The notes: a model not told the origin generated them from the sequence alone. DNA of 64,000 bases from an uncultured Gammaproteobacteria bacterium (GCA_964544585.1 CAZJBV010000002.1:131468-195467); one strand, 5' to 3'. Counted from the stretch's first letter, positions 1 through 10,389 are shown. Translations and numbers: made by a program.

Positions 1-2
1 CC

Positions 3-824
3 GGATCGACATTTAAATCACTCATCATGGCGGCAGCCCTAAATGAAGACAAAGTCAAACCAGAGCAAGAGTTTGCAGAAATCGGACCTGTGGAAGTGGG
101 AGGCTACACCATCCGCACCTGGAATAATGAATATATCGGCAAACTAACGGCTACAAATATATTGGAAAGATCATCGAATGTTGGCATGGTTCAAGTGGGA
201 AAACTTCTGGGAAAAGATAATCTTTACAAATATTTAGAAAGTTTTGGCTTTGGTCGACCTACTGGTATTGACCTTGAAGATGAACAATCACCAGATCTTC
301 GTCCAAAAGGTAGCATGTATGAAATAGACTTGGCGACCATATCATTTGGACAAGGAGTTGCCGTCACTCCAATCCAAATGATAAGAGCAGTGGCGAGTCT
401 GGCCAATAACGGAGATCTTATGGAGCCACACGTCGTCAAAACCATAATCGAGGCTACGGGTCAAAAAATAGATATTAAACCCAAAAAAATAATAAGTATC
501 GTTTCGCCAAAAACCGCAAGTGTAATCTCCGAAATGCTCGTTAAAGCCGCATCCCACGGAGAAGCAAAATTTGCTCTTCCCAAAGGTTACAGAATTGCAG
601 GTAAAACCGGTACGGCCCAGATTCCTATTGCCGGACACTACGATCCAGGGAAAACTATTGCCTCATTTATAGGGTTTGCCCCCGTCCCAAATCCCAAATT
701 TGTCATGCTCACCACCCTCAAAGAACCTGGCACATCGCCTTGGGGTTCAGAAACAGCCGCTCCACTTTTTTATGAAATAGCCCGAGATCTTTTCAATTAC
801 TACAAAATTCCCCCTAGCCAATGA
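3..824 (+). CDS. ftsI: Penicillin-binding protein transpeptidase domain (FtsI/PBP2-like), 3' part; the 5' end lies outside the window
   Basis: ORF runs to the window edge. KTGTA motif and the SxN region typical of the PBP transpeptidase C-terminus. It sits directly upstream of Mur ligase genes. Confidence 0.75.
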   Translation, partial: GSTFKSLIMAAALNEDKVKPEQEFAEIGPVEVGGYTIRTWNNEYIGKLTATNILERSSNVGMVQVGKLLGKDNLYKYLESFGFGRPTGIDLEDEQSPDLRPKGSMYEIDLATISFGQGVAVTPIQMIRAVASLANNGDLMEPHVVKTIIEATGQKIDIKPKKIISIVSPKTASVISEMLVKAASHGEAKFALPKGYRIAGKTGTAQIPIAGHYDPGKTIASFIGFAPVPNPKFVMLTTLKEPGTSPWGSETAAPLFYEIARDLFNYYKIPPSQ

Positions 825-852
825 TGAACATGATATAATTAATGTCTCTACT

Positions 853-2067
853 GTGCTCCAAATCATTAAGAATCAGATCCATGGCATAGAGGCAATTTTG
901 GCCAATGTTTGGTTTGGCTTTCCCTCCAGTAGTATGAAAGTCATTGGCGTGACTGGCACAGACGGCAAAACTACCACCACCGAACTTATCTACCATATTT
1001 TAAATACAGCCGGAAAAAAAGTAAGTGAGATCTCTACTGTCAAGGCAGTCATAAACGGAGAAGTATTCGATACTGGCTTCCACGTCACCACTCCCTCGGC
1101 CTTTTCCCTGCAAAGATTTTTTTCCCTAGCCAAAAAAGGTGGTACAGAATTCATGGTTCTAGAAACAACTTCCCATGCCCTCGATCAAGCAAGAACCGCA
1201 GGGATTAAATTTGATATCGCAGTTATTACCAATGTTTCTCACGAACATCTTGATTATCATAGAACATTTGATAATTACCTAAAAACTAAGGCCAAAATAA
1301 TCAAAAAAGTCCGCTTTGCCGTCCTCAATGCCGATGACAAGAATTTTACTAAACTAGCCTCACAAACCTCAGGAATAATTACCTTCGGCTTAAAAAAAGC
1401 TGATGTTAATCCAACCAATATTTCATATGAAACTTCACTAATAGGAGAATTTAATACTTACAATATTCTCGCCGCAGTAGCGGTAGCCAGACTCTATAAT
1501 ATCGATGATTCCACCATAAAAGAGGCCATAAAATCTTTTAAGGGGATAAAAGGAAGGATGGAAGAAGTAAAAACAAGTAGAAACTTTCGCATTTTTATCG
1601 ATTTTGCTCACAAAATCAATGCCCTCGAAAACGCCCTAAAAACTATAAAATCCATTGCCAAAAATAGAATAATTATCGTCTTTGGTTCGGCTGGCCTGCG
1701 CGATCAAGTAAAACGACCTATCATGGGAAAAATTGCCGGAAAACTTGCTGATATTTCTATTTTAACTGCCGAGGATCCCCGCACCGAAGACGTCAGAGAT
1801 ATAATTTCATCAATTGCCCAAGGTGCAAAGGTATATGCCAAAGAAACAAATAAAAGGAAGCATGGCCGAGACATTGTCGATGGACTGCATTATTTTTATC
1901 GCATCCCGGATAGACAGGAAGCAATCAACTTTGCCATAAGAGTCTTGGCAAAAAAAGATGACATTGTCCTTATTACAGGTAAAGGGCACGAAAAATCAAT
2001 GTGTTACGGAAAAAAAGAATATCCCTGGGATGAGTTTAAGGCGGTTGAAAAGTCGCTTCGAGGATAA
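853..2067 (+). CDS. murE: Mur ligase family protein, probably UDP-MurNAc-tripeptide synthetase MurE
   Basis: P-loop GVTGTDGKTTTT very near the N-terminus (the canonical N-terminal domain is missing). GRME motif. Apparent GTG start at 853. dcw context follows ftsI. Confidence 0.6.
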   Translation: MLQIIKNQIHGIEAILANVWFGFPSSSMKVIGVTGTDGKTTTTELIYHILNTAGKKVSEISTVKAVINGEVFDTGFHVTTPSAFSLQRFFSLAKKGGTEFMVLETTSHALDQARTAGIKFDIAVITNVSHEHLDYHRTFDNYLKTKAKIIKKVRFAVLNADDKNFTKLASQTSGIITFGLKKADVNPTNISYETSLIGEFNTYNILAAVAVARLYNIDDSTIKEAIKSFKGIKGRMEEVKTSRNFRIFIDFAHKINALENALKTIKSIAKNRIIIVFGSAGLRDQVKRPIMGKIAGKLADISILTAEDPRTEDVRDIISSIAQGAKVYAKETNKRKHGRDIVDGLHYFYRIPDRQEAINFAIRVLAKKDDIVLITGKGHEKSMCYGKKEYPWDEFKAVEKSLRG

Positions 2068-2070
2068 TTC

Positions 2071-2706
2071 ATGATCAGATCAATAAAATTATCAAAATTC
2101 ACCAACCTAAGTCACGGATTTACAACCAGAAGTGATAAAGTCAATTCCCAAATCAAAAACTCGATTAGGGGAGAGCAAATACATGGCACTAATGTTTTTA
2201 TAGTCGATACTCTAAATAATAAAACAATTCCTAATATAGATGGTCTCATTGCAACAAAAAGAAACATTACTATCTCTATAAAAACCGCAGATTGTGTTCC
2301 TCTTCTTCTTTTCGACCCTCTCGAAAAAATTATAGCCGCAGCCCATGCCGGTTGGAAAGGAACGCAAAAAGGTATACTAAAAGAAGTGGTTCAAAAAATG
2401 AAAAAATCGGGATCCCTCCCAAAAAACATCATTCTCTCTATAGGTCCTTCAATCGGACCATGCTGTTATGACATATCTGAAGAAAGGGGAAAACTATTTC
2501 GTCACCAAAGTATATTAAGAAAAGGAAAGATTTACTATTTAGACTTAAAAAAAGAAATCCTTTCTCAAGCCAAAGAAATTGGTTTGTCGGCAAAACATAT
2601 TGATGTATTAGACTTTTGTACATACCATCAAAGTGATCTTTTTTATTCATATCGTCGAGACAAGACCACCAAAAATAGAATGTACGCATTCATAGCTATG
2701 ATATGA
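2071..2706 (+). CDS. pgeF: PgeF/YfiH-family (DUF152) peptidoglycan editing factor / purine nucleoside phosphorylase-like
   Basis: IHGTNV, TADCVPLLLFDP and AAHAGWKG motifs characteristic of the YfiH/PgeF family. Confidence 0.7.
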   Translation: MIRSIKLSKFTNLSHGFTTRSDKVNSQIKNSIRGEQIHGTNVFIVDTLNNKTIPNIDGLIATKRNITISIKTADCVPLLLFDPLEKIIAAAHAGWKGTQKGILKEVVQKMKKSGSLPKNIILSIGPSIGPCCYDISEERGKLFRHQSILRKGKIYYLDLKKEILSQAKEIGLSAKHIDVLDFCTYHQSDLFYSYRRDKTTKNRMYAFIAMI

Positions 2707-4112
2707 GATCTAGTCTCAAAAAAATTCATTTTGTCGGCATAAAAGGAGTGGGACAGACTGCCTTGGCTGTCTATATGAAACAAAAGGGTATCGACGTCTC
2801 GGGGTCTGATACTAACGAAATTTATCATACCGATGAAATACTTAAAAAATATACAATAAATGTAAAGGCTGGGTTTTCTCCGCATAATATCCCCCAAAAT
2901 ACAGATCTTATCATCACCACCGGCGCCCATGATTCATTTAACAATCCCGAAAGTTTGGCAGGTATACGACGCGGTATAAGAACTATTACCCACGGCCAAG
3001 CGCTCGGAGAAGAAATGAAGGGGAAAGTTGGAATTTCAGTGGCCGGCACCCATGGTAAAACCACCACCACCAGCATGATAGCCACAATCGCAAAATTTGC
3101 TAACCTAGATCCCTCATATGTCATAGGCACAGCAAGTATCCCCTCATTAGGTGCGGCAGGCCATTATGGTAGAGGAAATTTGTTTATAGCCGAGGCCGAT
3201 GAATACATTACCGCTCCCAATATCGACAAAACTCCCCGATTTTTATGGCAAAGTCCTCGCGTTGCCATCATTACCTCGATTGAATACGATCATCCTGATG
3301 CTTATCAAAATATAGAAGAAATTGAAGGAGCTTTTTTTAAATTTGCCACAAAAGTTTCTCGGAAAGGTCTTTTAATTCTAGGTATAGATGACTCAAATGT
3401 CTTAAATCTCAAAAAGCATCTCCCCAAAACTATTCCCACCACATCATATGGCTTTTCCGACAAAGCTGATTATAAAATCGTAGACTACAAAGTAAGCAAA
3501 AAGGGAATAAGCTTTGTTGTTATTAATAAAAATCTCAATCTAGGGGAGTTTAACCTCCAAGTCCCAGGCACCCACAATGCCCAAAATGCCACAGCCGCGG
3601 CAGTCTCGGCTTTGTTTTTTGGCCTCAAACTTGAAACTATAAAAAATGCTCTTGTTAAATTCTCCGGTTCCAAGCGTCGCTTTGAAAAAGTAGGGAATTT
3701 GGGCAATATTCTTTTATATGATGACTACGCCCATCACCCGTCTGAAATAGAGGCCACATTAAAAGCTTTTAAGGATATCTATCCTAATAAACGTATTATG
3801 ACTATTTTTCAGCCACATACTTATTCTCGCACCTACGCCCTATTTCCAGATTTTGTGGATTCTTTTTTAGAAATTCAAGGCAAGATCGTAGTCACAGATA
3901 TTTTTGCATCCAAAAGAGAAAAGAAAGACGACAAAATAAACGCCCAGAAGCTTGTAGACGAAACCCGCAAGAAGGGGAAAAGTAACATCTTCTATTTTAA
4001 AACGAGAGAAGAAATTTTGTTATTTTTAGAAAAAAATAAAGACAAAATTGACATAATTTTAACCATGGGTGCAGGAGATATTTATAAACTTCATGAATAT
4101 CTTAAAAAATAA
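2703..4112 (+). CDS. murC: UDP-N-acetylmuramate--L-alanine ligase
   Basis: N-terminal IHFVGIKGVGQTALAVYMKQKGIDVSGSD Rossmann region typical of MurC. P-loop GTHGKTTTTSM. Overlaps the neighbours by 4 nt. Confidence 0.8.
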   Translation: MRSSLKKIHFVGIKGVGQTALAVYMKQKGIDVSGSDTNEIYHTDEILKKYTINVKAGFSPHNIPQNTDLIITTGAHDSFNNPESLAGIRRGIRTITHGQALGEEMKGKVGISVAGTHGKTTTTSMIATIAKFANLDPSYVIGTASIPSLGAAGHYGRGNLFIAEADEYITAPNIDKTPRFLWQSPRVAIITSIEYDHPDAYQNIEEIEGAFFKFATKVSRKGLLILGIDDSNVLNLKKHLPKTIPTTSYGFSDKADYKIVDYKVSKKGISFVVINKNLNLGEFNLQVPGTHNAQNATAAAVSALFFGLKLETIKNALVKFSGSKRRFEKVGNLGNILLYDDYAHHPSEIEATLKAFKDIYPNKRIMTIFQPHTYSRTYALFPDFVDSFLEIQGKIVVTDIFASKREKKDDKINAQKLVDETRKKGKSNIFYFKTREEILLFLEKNKDKIDIILTMGAGDIYKLHEYLKK

Positions 4113-5055
4113 CTTCGGCCCAAAACTTAAAGAAAATATCTCCCTTTCCTCATATACAACTATACAGTTGGGAGGACGCGCTAAATACTTCATTGAGGTC
4201 GAGGGAGTTGCAGAACTTAAAGACACGCTTCTCAAATCTATTCGTTCTCAAATTCCTTATTTCATTCTTGGTGGTGGTACAAATACTCTTATAAAAGATG
4301 AAAGGTTTGCCGGTCTAGTCATCCGCAACAAAAGCGGCAATATAAAAATAGTTGGCTTTAGAGGATCATTTAGAGACAACAAGTCAAATATCAAAGATAT
4401 CTATCTTGAAGTAGATTCTGGCGTTTTAGTAAATAGGCTGGTTCGCTTTTGCCTGGAAGAGTCTTTTGCCGGGTTGGAAAATTTTTTCCACCAGCCAGGC
4501 ACCGTCGGAGGTGCCGTCTATATAAATGCCCATAATATTGGTCAAAATGACTATTTTGGTAGTCATATCTTTGAAGCGAAGTTGATTACCAAAGAAGGGA
4601 AAGAAAAAAAAGTAGATAGGTCATATTTTAAATTCGGCTATGATTCTTCAACCATTCAAAAAACAAAAGATATAGTCCTCAGCGTATCTTTAAAATTGCA
4701 AAAAGGAGAAAAAAATTCATTATGGCAAAAAGCTTCTTTAGTTGCGGAATATAGAAAAAGTTCCCAACCTCAAGGAGTCAGAAGTCTAGGCTGCACCTTT
4801 AGAAACATTACCAAAGAAGAGGCATTCCGCTTGCATACCCCATCTTATACTCAATCGAGTGGGTATCTAATCGAAAGTGCAGGCCTCAAAGGCTACCAAA
4901 TTGGAAAATCTCGTTTTTCAACTAAACATGCAAACTTTATCGAGCATCTAGGTGGAGGCCACGCTTCTGATGTGCTACAATTAATAGCTCTAGCAAAGGA
5001 AAAGATAAAATCAAAATTCGGTGTAGATTTAAAAGAAGAGATAGTTATCATCTAG
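4093..5055 (+). CDS. murB: UDP-N-acetylenolpyruvoylglucosamine reductase
   Basis: SYTTIQLGGRAKYF, the FAD-binding region and the MurB C-terminal domain are present. The ORF-track start is 4069, but the in-frame ATG at 4093 avoids overlap with murC. Confidence 0.75.
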   Translation: MNILKNNFGPKLKENISLSSYTTIQLGGRAKYFIEVEGVAELKDTLLKSIRSQIPYFILGGGTNTLIKDERFAGLVIRNKSGNIKIVGFRGSFRDNKSNIKDIYLEVDSGVLVNRLVRFCLEESFAGLENFFHQPGTVGGAVYINAHNIGQNDYFGSHIFEAKLITKEGKEKKVDRSYFKFGYDSSTIQKTKDIVLSVSLKLQKGEKNSLWQKASLVAEYRKSSQPQGVRSLGCTFRNITKEEAFRLHTPSYTQSSGYLIESAGLKGYQIGKSRFSTKHANFIEHLGGGHASDVLQLIALAKEKIKSKFGVDLKEEIVII

Positions 5056-5079
5056 AACTAACTTCATAACTAAATTAAG

Positions 5080-6408
5080 ATGTATAAATTCGTAATTGCT
5101 GGCGGCAAACCACTGCGAGGGAGAATCAAAGTAGGAGGGGCCAAAAATGTGGCCATGAAAATTCCCGTCGCGGCCCTACTCACAGACGACAAACTAAAAA
5201 TTTCGGGCATGCCGCAAATATCCTCCGTTACCGGCACCCTCGATATTGTCCACTTACTTGGTGTAAAAAGTAAATTTACCAATCACACCCTCGAAATAGA
5301 AAGCCAAGGCATAAATAAATATAAAGTCCCCCTCGATACAGGTAGTCACCATAGGACCTCCACCATGGTTGTCGGCCCACTTCTTGCTCGTTTTGGCCGC
5401 GCCATAGTCCCAAATCCCGGAGGCTGCCGCATTGGCCTTCGTCCCATCAATCTCCATGTTTCGGCCCTGACTAAAATGGGAGCAAAAGTAAAATATAACT
5501 CCAAAGACGGATATTATTATTTAGAGGCAAGAAAAAGCCTCGAAGGCATTTCCTATACTTTTCCTAAAAATTCTCATACCGGTACCGAAACCATTATTTT
5601 GGCAGCAGTATTGGCAAATGGTACTACAATTATAGACAATGCCGCCGAAGAACCAGAAGTCGACGATCTTATCAAACTACTGACTTTAATGGGGGCCAAT
5701 ATCCAAAGGGTAAAACGAAAAATTATAATAAAAGGAGTCAAAAAACTCCATGGGACCGATTTTACCATCATGCCCGATCGAAACGAAACCGTGACTTTTG
5801 CCATAGCTGCTCTGGCAACAAATGGAGACGTAATTGTGGAAGGCACCGATCGTCACTATATCAAGTCATTTTTAAATAAATTAAATGACATTAATGCCGG
5901 TTGGGAACCTATAGGAAACTTAGAAACCAGATTTTATGGAACCGATAAAATATTAAACGCAACCACCGTAGAAACCGCTCCCTATCCTGGTTTTATGACT
6001 GATTGGCAAGCTCCCTGGACCGTCCTTATGACTCAATGTTCAGGAGGCTCCTCCGTCCATGAAACAGTTTTTGAGGATAGATTTTCCTACGTTTCCGAAT
6101 TAATAAAAACGGGTGCTAAAATTGATTTTTTCAATCCTAAATTAGAAAATCCTGATAAAATTTACAACTTCGATCTCAAGGGTAAAAAACCACACAACCA
6201 GGCTATAAGCATAACTGGTCCGACTCCCCTCCACGATGCTATACTAGAAACTGCCGATCTCCGCGCCGGGGCAACCCTAGTAATTGCCGGACTCGTAGCT
6301 ACAGGTACGACCCACGTTCATGGAGTAGAGCATATTGATCGTGGCTATGAAAGACTAGACGAAAGGCTAAAAACCCTTGGGGGGAGGATTAAAAGGATAA
6401 AAGAATAA
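5080..6408 (+). CDS. murA: UDP-N-acetylglucosamine 1-carboxyvinyltransferase
   Basis: N-terminus KFVIAGGKPLRGRIKVGGAKNVA and overall EPSP-synthase-like fold motifs of MurA. Confidence 0.85.
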   Translation: MYKFVIAGGKPLRGRIKVGGAKNVAMKIPVAALLTDDKLKISGMPQISSVTGTLDIVHLLGVKSKFTNHTLEIESQGINKYKVPLDTGSHHRTSTMVVGPLLARFGRAIVPNPGGCRIGLRPINLHVSALTKMGAKVKYNSKDGYYYLEARKSLEGISYTFPKNSHTGTETIILAAVLANGTTIIDNAAEEPEVDDLIKLLTLMGANIQRVKRKIIIKGVKKLHGTDFTIMPDRNETVTFAIAALATNGDVIVEGTDRHYIKSFLNKLNDINAGWEPIGNLETRFYGTDKILNATTVETAPYPGFMTDWQAPWTVLMTQCSGGSSVHETVFEDRFSYVSELIKTGAKIDFFNPKLENPDKIYNFDLKGKKPHNQAISITGPTPLHDAILETADLRAGATLVIAGLVATGTTHVHGVEHIDRGYERLDERLKTLGGRIKRIKE

Positions 6409-6411
6409 AAT

Positions 6412-7737
6412 ATGACCGATGCAGTTGTTCTCATTCTTGCTGGCGGTGATTCCACCCGCTTCTGGCCATTATCTCAAAAAGTTTTTACAGAATTTACCGG
6501 AAAACCGCTTTTATATTTTCGCTTAAAACAATTATATAAATATAACCTCAAAAAAATAGTCATCGTTGGCAATAAAGAAAATCAATCATTATTCTCAAAA
6601 TTTACTCTTCAGTATCCCGAATTTTCTTTTGAATTTATTCTCCAGACAGATCCCCGAGGCATGGCTGGCGCAGTCCTCTCGGCAAAGGAATATATAAAAG
6701 GAAATAAATTACTCGTCATAAAGCCGGTTGATATAGTCGAAGATACCCTCTTTGAATCATATTTACAGCAAATAAATAAAGATAAATCCATAGATGGCTT
6801 ATTGACCGGCGTCCACGTAGAATCTTATTTTCCGGGTGGCTATCTTACAGTCAAAGACGGCCTGCTTACCCAAATCATCGAAAAGCCGGGAGAAAAAAAT
6901 ATACCCAGCGACATAGTCAGGATAGTTTTTGATTATTTTCCTGATGCAAGTTTATTTTTGTCATACTTAGAGAAAGCAATCTCAAAACGCGATGATCACT
7001 ATGAAAAAGCTCTCGCACAAATGGTTAGAGATGGAAAAAAGATAAAGGTCTTAAATTACAAAGACTATTGGGGCTACCTGACATACCCTTGGCACGTATT
7101 GTCGGTCACAGATTTCTTTCTCAAAAAAATAAAGTCATATAAAGGCAAGGATGTAAAAATAGCCAAAAATGCTACCCTCATAGAACCGATAATATTAGAA
7201 GATGGAGTGAGACTCTTGGAAAATACCAAAATAGTTGGACCAGCCTATATTGGCAGAAATACTCTCGTCGGCAACAACTGTGTCGTTCGCGAATCAATGA
7301 TTGGGCCAAATTCTGTTTTAGGCTTCTCAACCGAGGTCACCAGATCGTATATAGCCGGAAACTGTTGGTTTCATTCCAATTATGTTGGAGATTCGGTCAT
7401 AGGGGATAATGTGGGTATGGGTAGCCGGGCCACAATTGCCAATTTTCGCCTTGATGAAAAAAGCATTTATTCCAAAGTAGAAGTAGATAAAATAAATACC
7501 GGCAAGACCAAATTTGGCTCCGTAATAGGCAACGACGTTCGTATAGGCATAGGCACACTTATCATGCCCGGCGTAAAAATAGGTCGCGGTAGTTTTGTCG
7601 GTTCTGGAGTCATTCTTTCCGAAGATCTTCCCGATGGCAAAGCCATTTTTGTCAATCAAACATATACCATAAAAGATAATAGAGAGAAGATAAATAAAAA
7701 CTCTCGCGAATCATTGCGTAAAGCATTAAAAATATAA
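6412..7737 (+). CDS. GlmU-like bifunctional sugar-1-phosphate nucleotidyltransferase / hexapeptide-repeat acyltransferase
   Basis: N-terminal NTP-transferase motif LILAGGDSTRFWPLS. C-terminal left-handed beta-helix hexapeptide repeats (IGxNxxIG...). Position immediately upstream of glmS. Confidence 0.55.
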   Translation: MTDAVVLILAGGDSTRFWPLSQKVFTEFTGKPLLYFRLKQLYKYNLKKIVIVGNKENQSLFSKFTLQYPEFSFEFILQTDPRGMAGAVLSAKEYIKGNKLLVIKPVDIVEDTLFESYLQQINKDKSIDGLLTGVHVESYFPGGYLTVKDGLLTQIIEKPGEKNIPSDIVRIVFDYFPDASLFLSYLEKAISKRDDHYEKALAQMVRDGKKIKVLNYKDYWGYLTYPWHVLSVTDFFLKKIKSYKGKDVKIAKNATLIEPIILEDGVRLLENTKIVGPAYIGRNTLVGNNCVVRESMIGPNSVLGFSTEVTRSYIAGNCWFHSNYVGDSVIGDNVGMGSRATIANFRLDEKSIYSKVEVDKINTGKTKFGSVIGNDVRIGIGTLIMPGVKIGRGSFVGSGVILSEDLPDGKAIFVNQTYTIKDNREKINKNSRESLRKALKI

Positions 7738-7777
7738 GTTTTGACTTTTGATTTTTGAGTTTTGAATTTTTATCAAT

Positions 7778-9544
7778 ATGTGCGGAATCTTTGGTTATGT
7801 AGGCAAAAATAAAAATGCCGGAGATCTCGTCCTTGAGGGCCTTCGCATCCTCGAATATCGAGGCTATGATTCCTGGGGTATAGCCACCTTAAATAATTCT
7901 TCTATAAAAATTACCAAAAAAGCCGGTAAAATTCCCCAATCAAAAATAAAATTTAACTCCTCGCCAATTGCGCTTGGTCATACCCGCTGGGCCACACACG
8001 GAGGAGTCACAGACATAAATGCTCATCCCCATCTTGACTGTACCGGAAATCTGGCCATCATCCACAACGGCATCATCGAAAACTATGACCAATTAAAAAA
8101 AACCCTTTCCCATTCCAATCATCGATTTTCTTCCGAAACCGATACCGAAATTGCCATTCACCTCATCGAATCATATAAAAGATCTGGCCTTTCCTTTCGC
8201 GAGGCAGTTCGCAAGGCTTTCAACCAATTTGAAGGCCTAAATGCCATCATCGTCATCGACGCCGAAACCAAAACCTTTATTGCCGCCAAAACCGGTTCTC
8301 CCCTTGTTGTTGGTCGTGGAAAGGGCGAAGGAAATTATATCGCTTCCGACGCTCCAGCCCTCATCAAACACACAAATATTCTTCATTTTGTGGAAGACGG
8401 CGAAATGATTGAAATGAACTCTATCGATATTAAATGCTTCGATCAAAAAACCGGCCGTCCAAAATCTCTTAAATGGCAAACGATTCACTGGAAATTCGAA
8501 TCAATAGACAAAGGTAAATATCCACATTTCATGCTCAAAGAAATTTATGAGCAGCCAAAAGTCATAAAATCAATTTTAAACCAGGGTGAGTCGACCATAA
8601 AAGACCTAGGCAAACTAATTAAACACTCATACGGCACTTACCTCGTAGCCTGTGGTACCGCAGCCTACGCTGCTCTTGCTGGCACATACCTTTTTTCTAA
8701 AATTGCCAAGCGTCACGTCAACTACACCGTCGGCAGCGAATTTGGATACCAGCTCGATTTTTTGAAAAAAGGAAGTTTGGTTATCGCCCTTTCCCAGTCT
8801 GGTGAAACCATCGACGTTATCGACGCGGTCAAAAAAGCAAAGGAACAGGAAGCCACAATTTATGCATTAGTAAATACCCTAGGTTCTACCCTTTATCGCA
8901 TGGCAGACTACAAAAGCCTTCTTCTTGCTGGCCCTGAAAAAGCTGTTGCTTCAACCAAGGCCTTCACCGCCAAACTCACTTATCTTATCCTTTTAGCATA
9001 CGCCCTTGCCGAAAGTCACAATAAAGGAAAAAAACTGGTTGAAAAGGCTATAATAGCGACCAATTTTATTTTCCAACACGAAATTGAAAATATCAAAAAT
9101 ATTGTCAAGGATATATTTAGGAGTCAGCACATTTATGCCATCGGTAGAGGACTAGCCTATCCAATAGCCCTCGAAGCTGCTCTCAAAATAAAAGAGATTT
9201 CCTACATTCACGCCGAAGGGATGGCCAGTGGTGAATTAAAGCATGGCCCAATTGCCCTAGTAGAGGAGGGAACACCTTGTATCGCCTTTCTACCCGACGA
9301 CGAGACTTATGGAGCCAATCTAGCTGGAGCCATGGAAATGGAGGCAAGAGGCGCCAAAATTATTGGCATTTCATTCAAAAACCACGAAGTCTTTGACTAT
9401 TTTATAGAGGTGAAAGATGCTGGTCCGGCTAGTATTATTCCCGAAACCATCGCAGTCCAACTTTTAGCATATTATCTATCCATCGCCCGCGGCCTCGACC
9501 CAGACAAACCAAGAAACCTCGCCAAATCCGTCACCGTCAAATAA
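7778..9544 (+). CDS. glmS: Glutamine--fructose-6-phosphate aminotransferase
   Basis: N-terminal MCGIFGY Ntn-amidotransferase start and two SIS domains. Only 40 nt of upstream spacer, so no room for a glmS ribozyme. Confidence 0.9.
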   Translation: MCGIFGYVGKNKNAGDLVLEGLRILEYRGYDSWGIATLNNSSIKITKKAGKIPQSKIKFNSSPIALGHTRWATHGGVTDINAHPHLDCTGNLAIIHNGIIENYDQLKKTLSHSNHRFSSETDTEIAIHLIESYKRSGLSFREAVRKAFNQFEGLNAIIVIDAETKTFIAAKTGSPLVVGRGKGEGNYIASDAPALIKHTNILHFVEDGEMIEMNSIDIKCFDQKTGRPKSLKWQTIHWKFESIDKGKYPHFMLKEIYEQPKVIKSILNQGESTIKDLGKLIKHSYGTYLVACGTAAYAALAGTYLFSKIAKRHVNYTVGSEFGYQLDFLKKGSLVIALSQSGETIDVIDAVKKAKEQEATIYALVNTLGSTLYRMADYKSLLLAGPEKAVASTKAFTAKLTYLILLAYALAESHNKGKKLVEKAIIATNFIFQHEIENIKNIVKDIFRSQHIYAIGRGLAYPIALEAALKIKEISYIHAEGMASGELKHGPIALVEEGTPCIAFLPDDETYGANLAGAMEMEARGAKIIGISFKNHEVFDYFIEVKDAGPASIIPETIAVQLLAYYLSIARGLDPDKPRNLAKSVTVK

Positions 9545-9548
9545 CATC

Positions 9549-10350
9549 CACCTTAGAGGTGTCCCAGATAGGACACCTTTGGTAAATATTACGATTCCAA
9601 AGTCAAATGTTTAATTGCAGCCAATCTTTTCTGGTAGTCTTTCTGATCTAAAGTAAATTCTTTGAAATCCTCAATGCTTTTAAAATACGATAAAATATCC
9701 TGCTTATGAACCAGGGGCTTACTTTCATTATTATCATTTAAAAACAGAGGCAGTGAAGAATACGGATAATTTAAGAGATCTTCTGTAGATTTAACAATAT
9801 ATGATGTATATGGATTTAGGTGAATGTATCGTGTAACGTGCATATATTGCTCATCGGATTCTATTAATACAGCCTTAAATTTTCCTTGAAATATTGGTCC
9901 ATACGTTTCATTTTTGACATTTAAGAAACGAGTATACCCATTTGAAATATTCCCGACAAATTTTGCTATACCATTATTCTTAATTTGTTGAAGAAGTAGA
10001 TGGAAATGACTAGGCATAAGACAGAAAGCATGGATTCTCACAATATAATCTTTTTTATTTAATAAATTTAAATATATACTTTCTCTTTGATCTCTACTTA
10101 ATTTTAGAAATCTAGAATAACGTAATGGGATGCTGGAAAACTGATAATAAAATAGTAGCTCAAGAAAACGACCATAACTTCTATTATTTATAAACACTTG
10201 CTGCCCATACGTACCCCGATTAAATACGTGATATATCTGATCCGTAATGAGAGGAATATTTCTTCCAGGCATAATATAAATATAGAGTTTATTTACCAAA
10301 GGTGTCAATAGAAATACACCTTAGAGGTGTATTAGCTAGGACACCTGGCT
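9549..10350 (-). mobile_element. IS200/IS605-like or REP-associated (RAYT-like) element: a Y1 HUH transposase gene between two subterminal hairpins
   Basis: Direct repeat caccttagaggtgt lies on both sides (9549-9562 and 10317-10330). Each repeat is followed by a hairpin: aggtgtcc-cagata-ggacacct at 9556-9577 and aggtgt-attagcta-ggacacct at 10325-10346. Transposase CDS 9589-10308 lies between. Confidence 0.6.
9589..10308 (-). CDS. Y1 (HUH) transposase, IS200-like / REP-associated tyrosine transposase-like
   Basis: YHVFNRGTYGQQ N-terminal motif and the HuH motif PSHFHLLL. Flanked by hairpins. Confidence 0.6.
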   Translation of the reverse strand: MTPLVNKLYIYIMPGRNIPLITDQIYHVFNRGTYGQQVFINNRSYGRFLELLFYYQFSSIPLRYSRFLKLSRDQRESIYLNLLNKKDYIVRIHAFCLMPSHFHLLLQQIKNNGIAKFVGNISNGYTRFLNVKNETYGPIFQGKFKAVLIESDEQYMHVTRYIHLNPYTSYIVKSTEDLLNYPYSSLPLFLNDNNESKPLVHKQDILSYFKSIEDFKEFTLDQKDYQKRLAAIKHLTLES

Positions 10351-10389
10351 CATATATCGTAAGTATGAGAAAATAATATAATTTGGTAA

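Noticed and set aside
224-638. Minus-strand ORFs 224-445 and 342-638 inside ftsI
   Set aside because: They lie entirely antisense within a strongly supported PBP transpeptidase ORF and have no motifs. Treated as spurious.
2438-3706. Minus-strand ORFs 2438-2689, 2643-2930, 2825-3130 and 3485-3706 overlapping pgeF and murC
   Set aside because: Antisense or overlapping well-supported genes, low-complexity translations, no signals.
7738-7777. Possible glmS ribozyme or regulatory RNA upstream of glmS (tttga-type short repeats gttttgacttttgatttttgagttttgaattttt)
   Set aside because: Only 40 nt separate the upstream stop from the glmS start. That is far too short for a glmS ribozyme (about 170 nt). 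The repeats are more likely a simple AT-rich promoter region.
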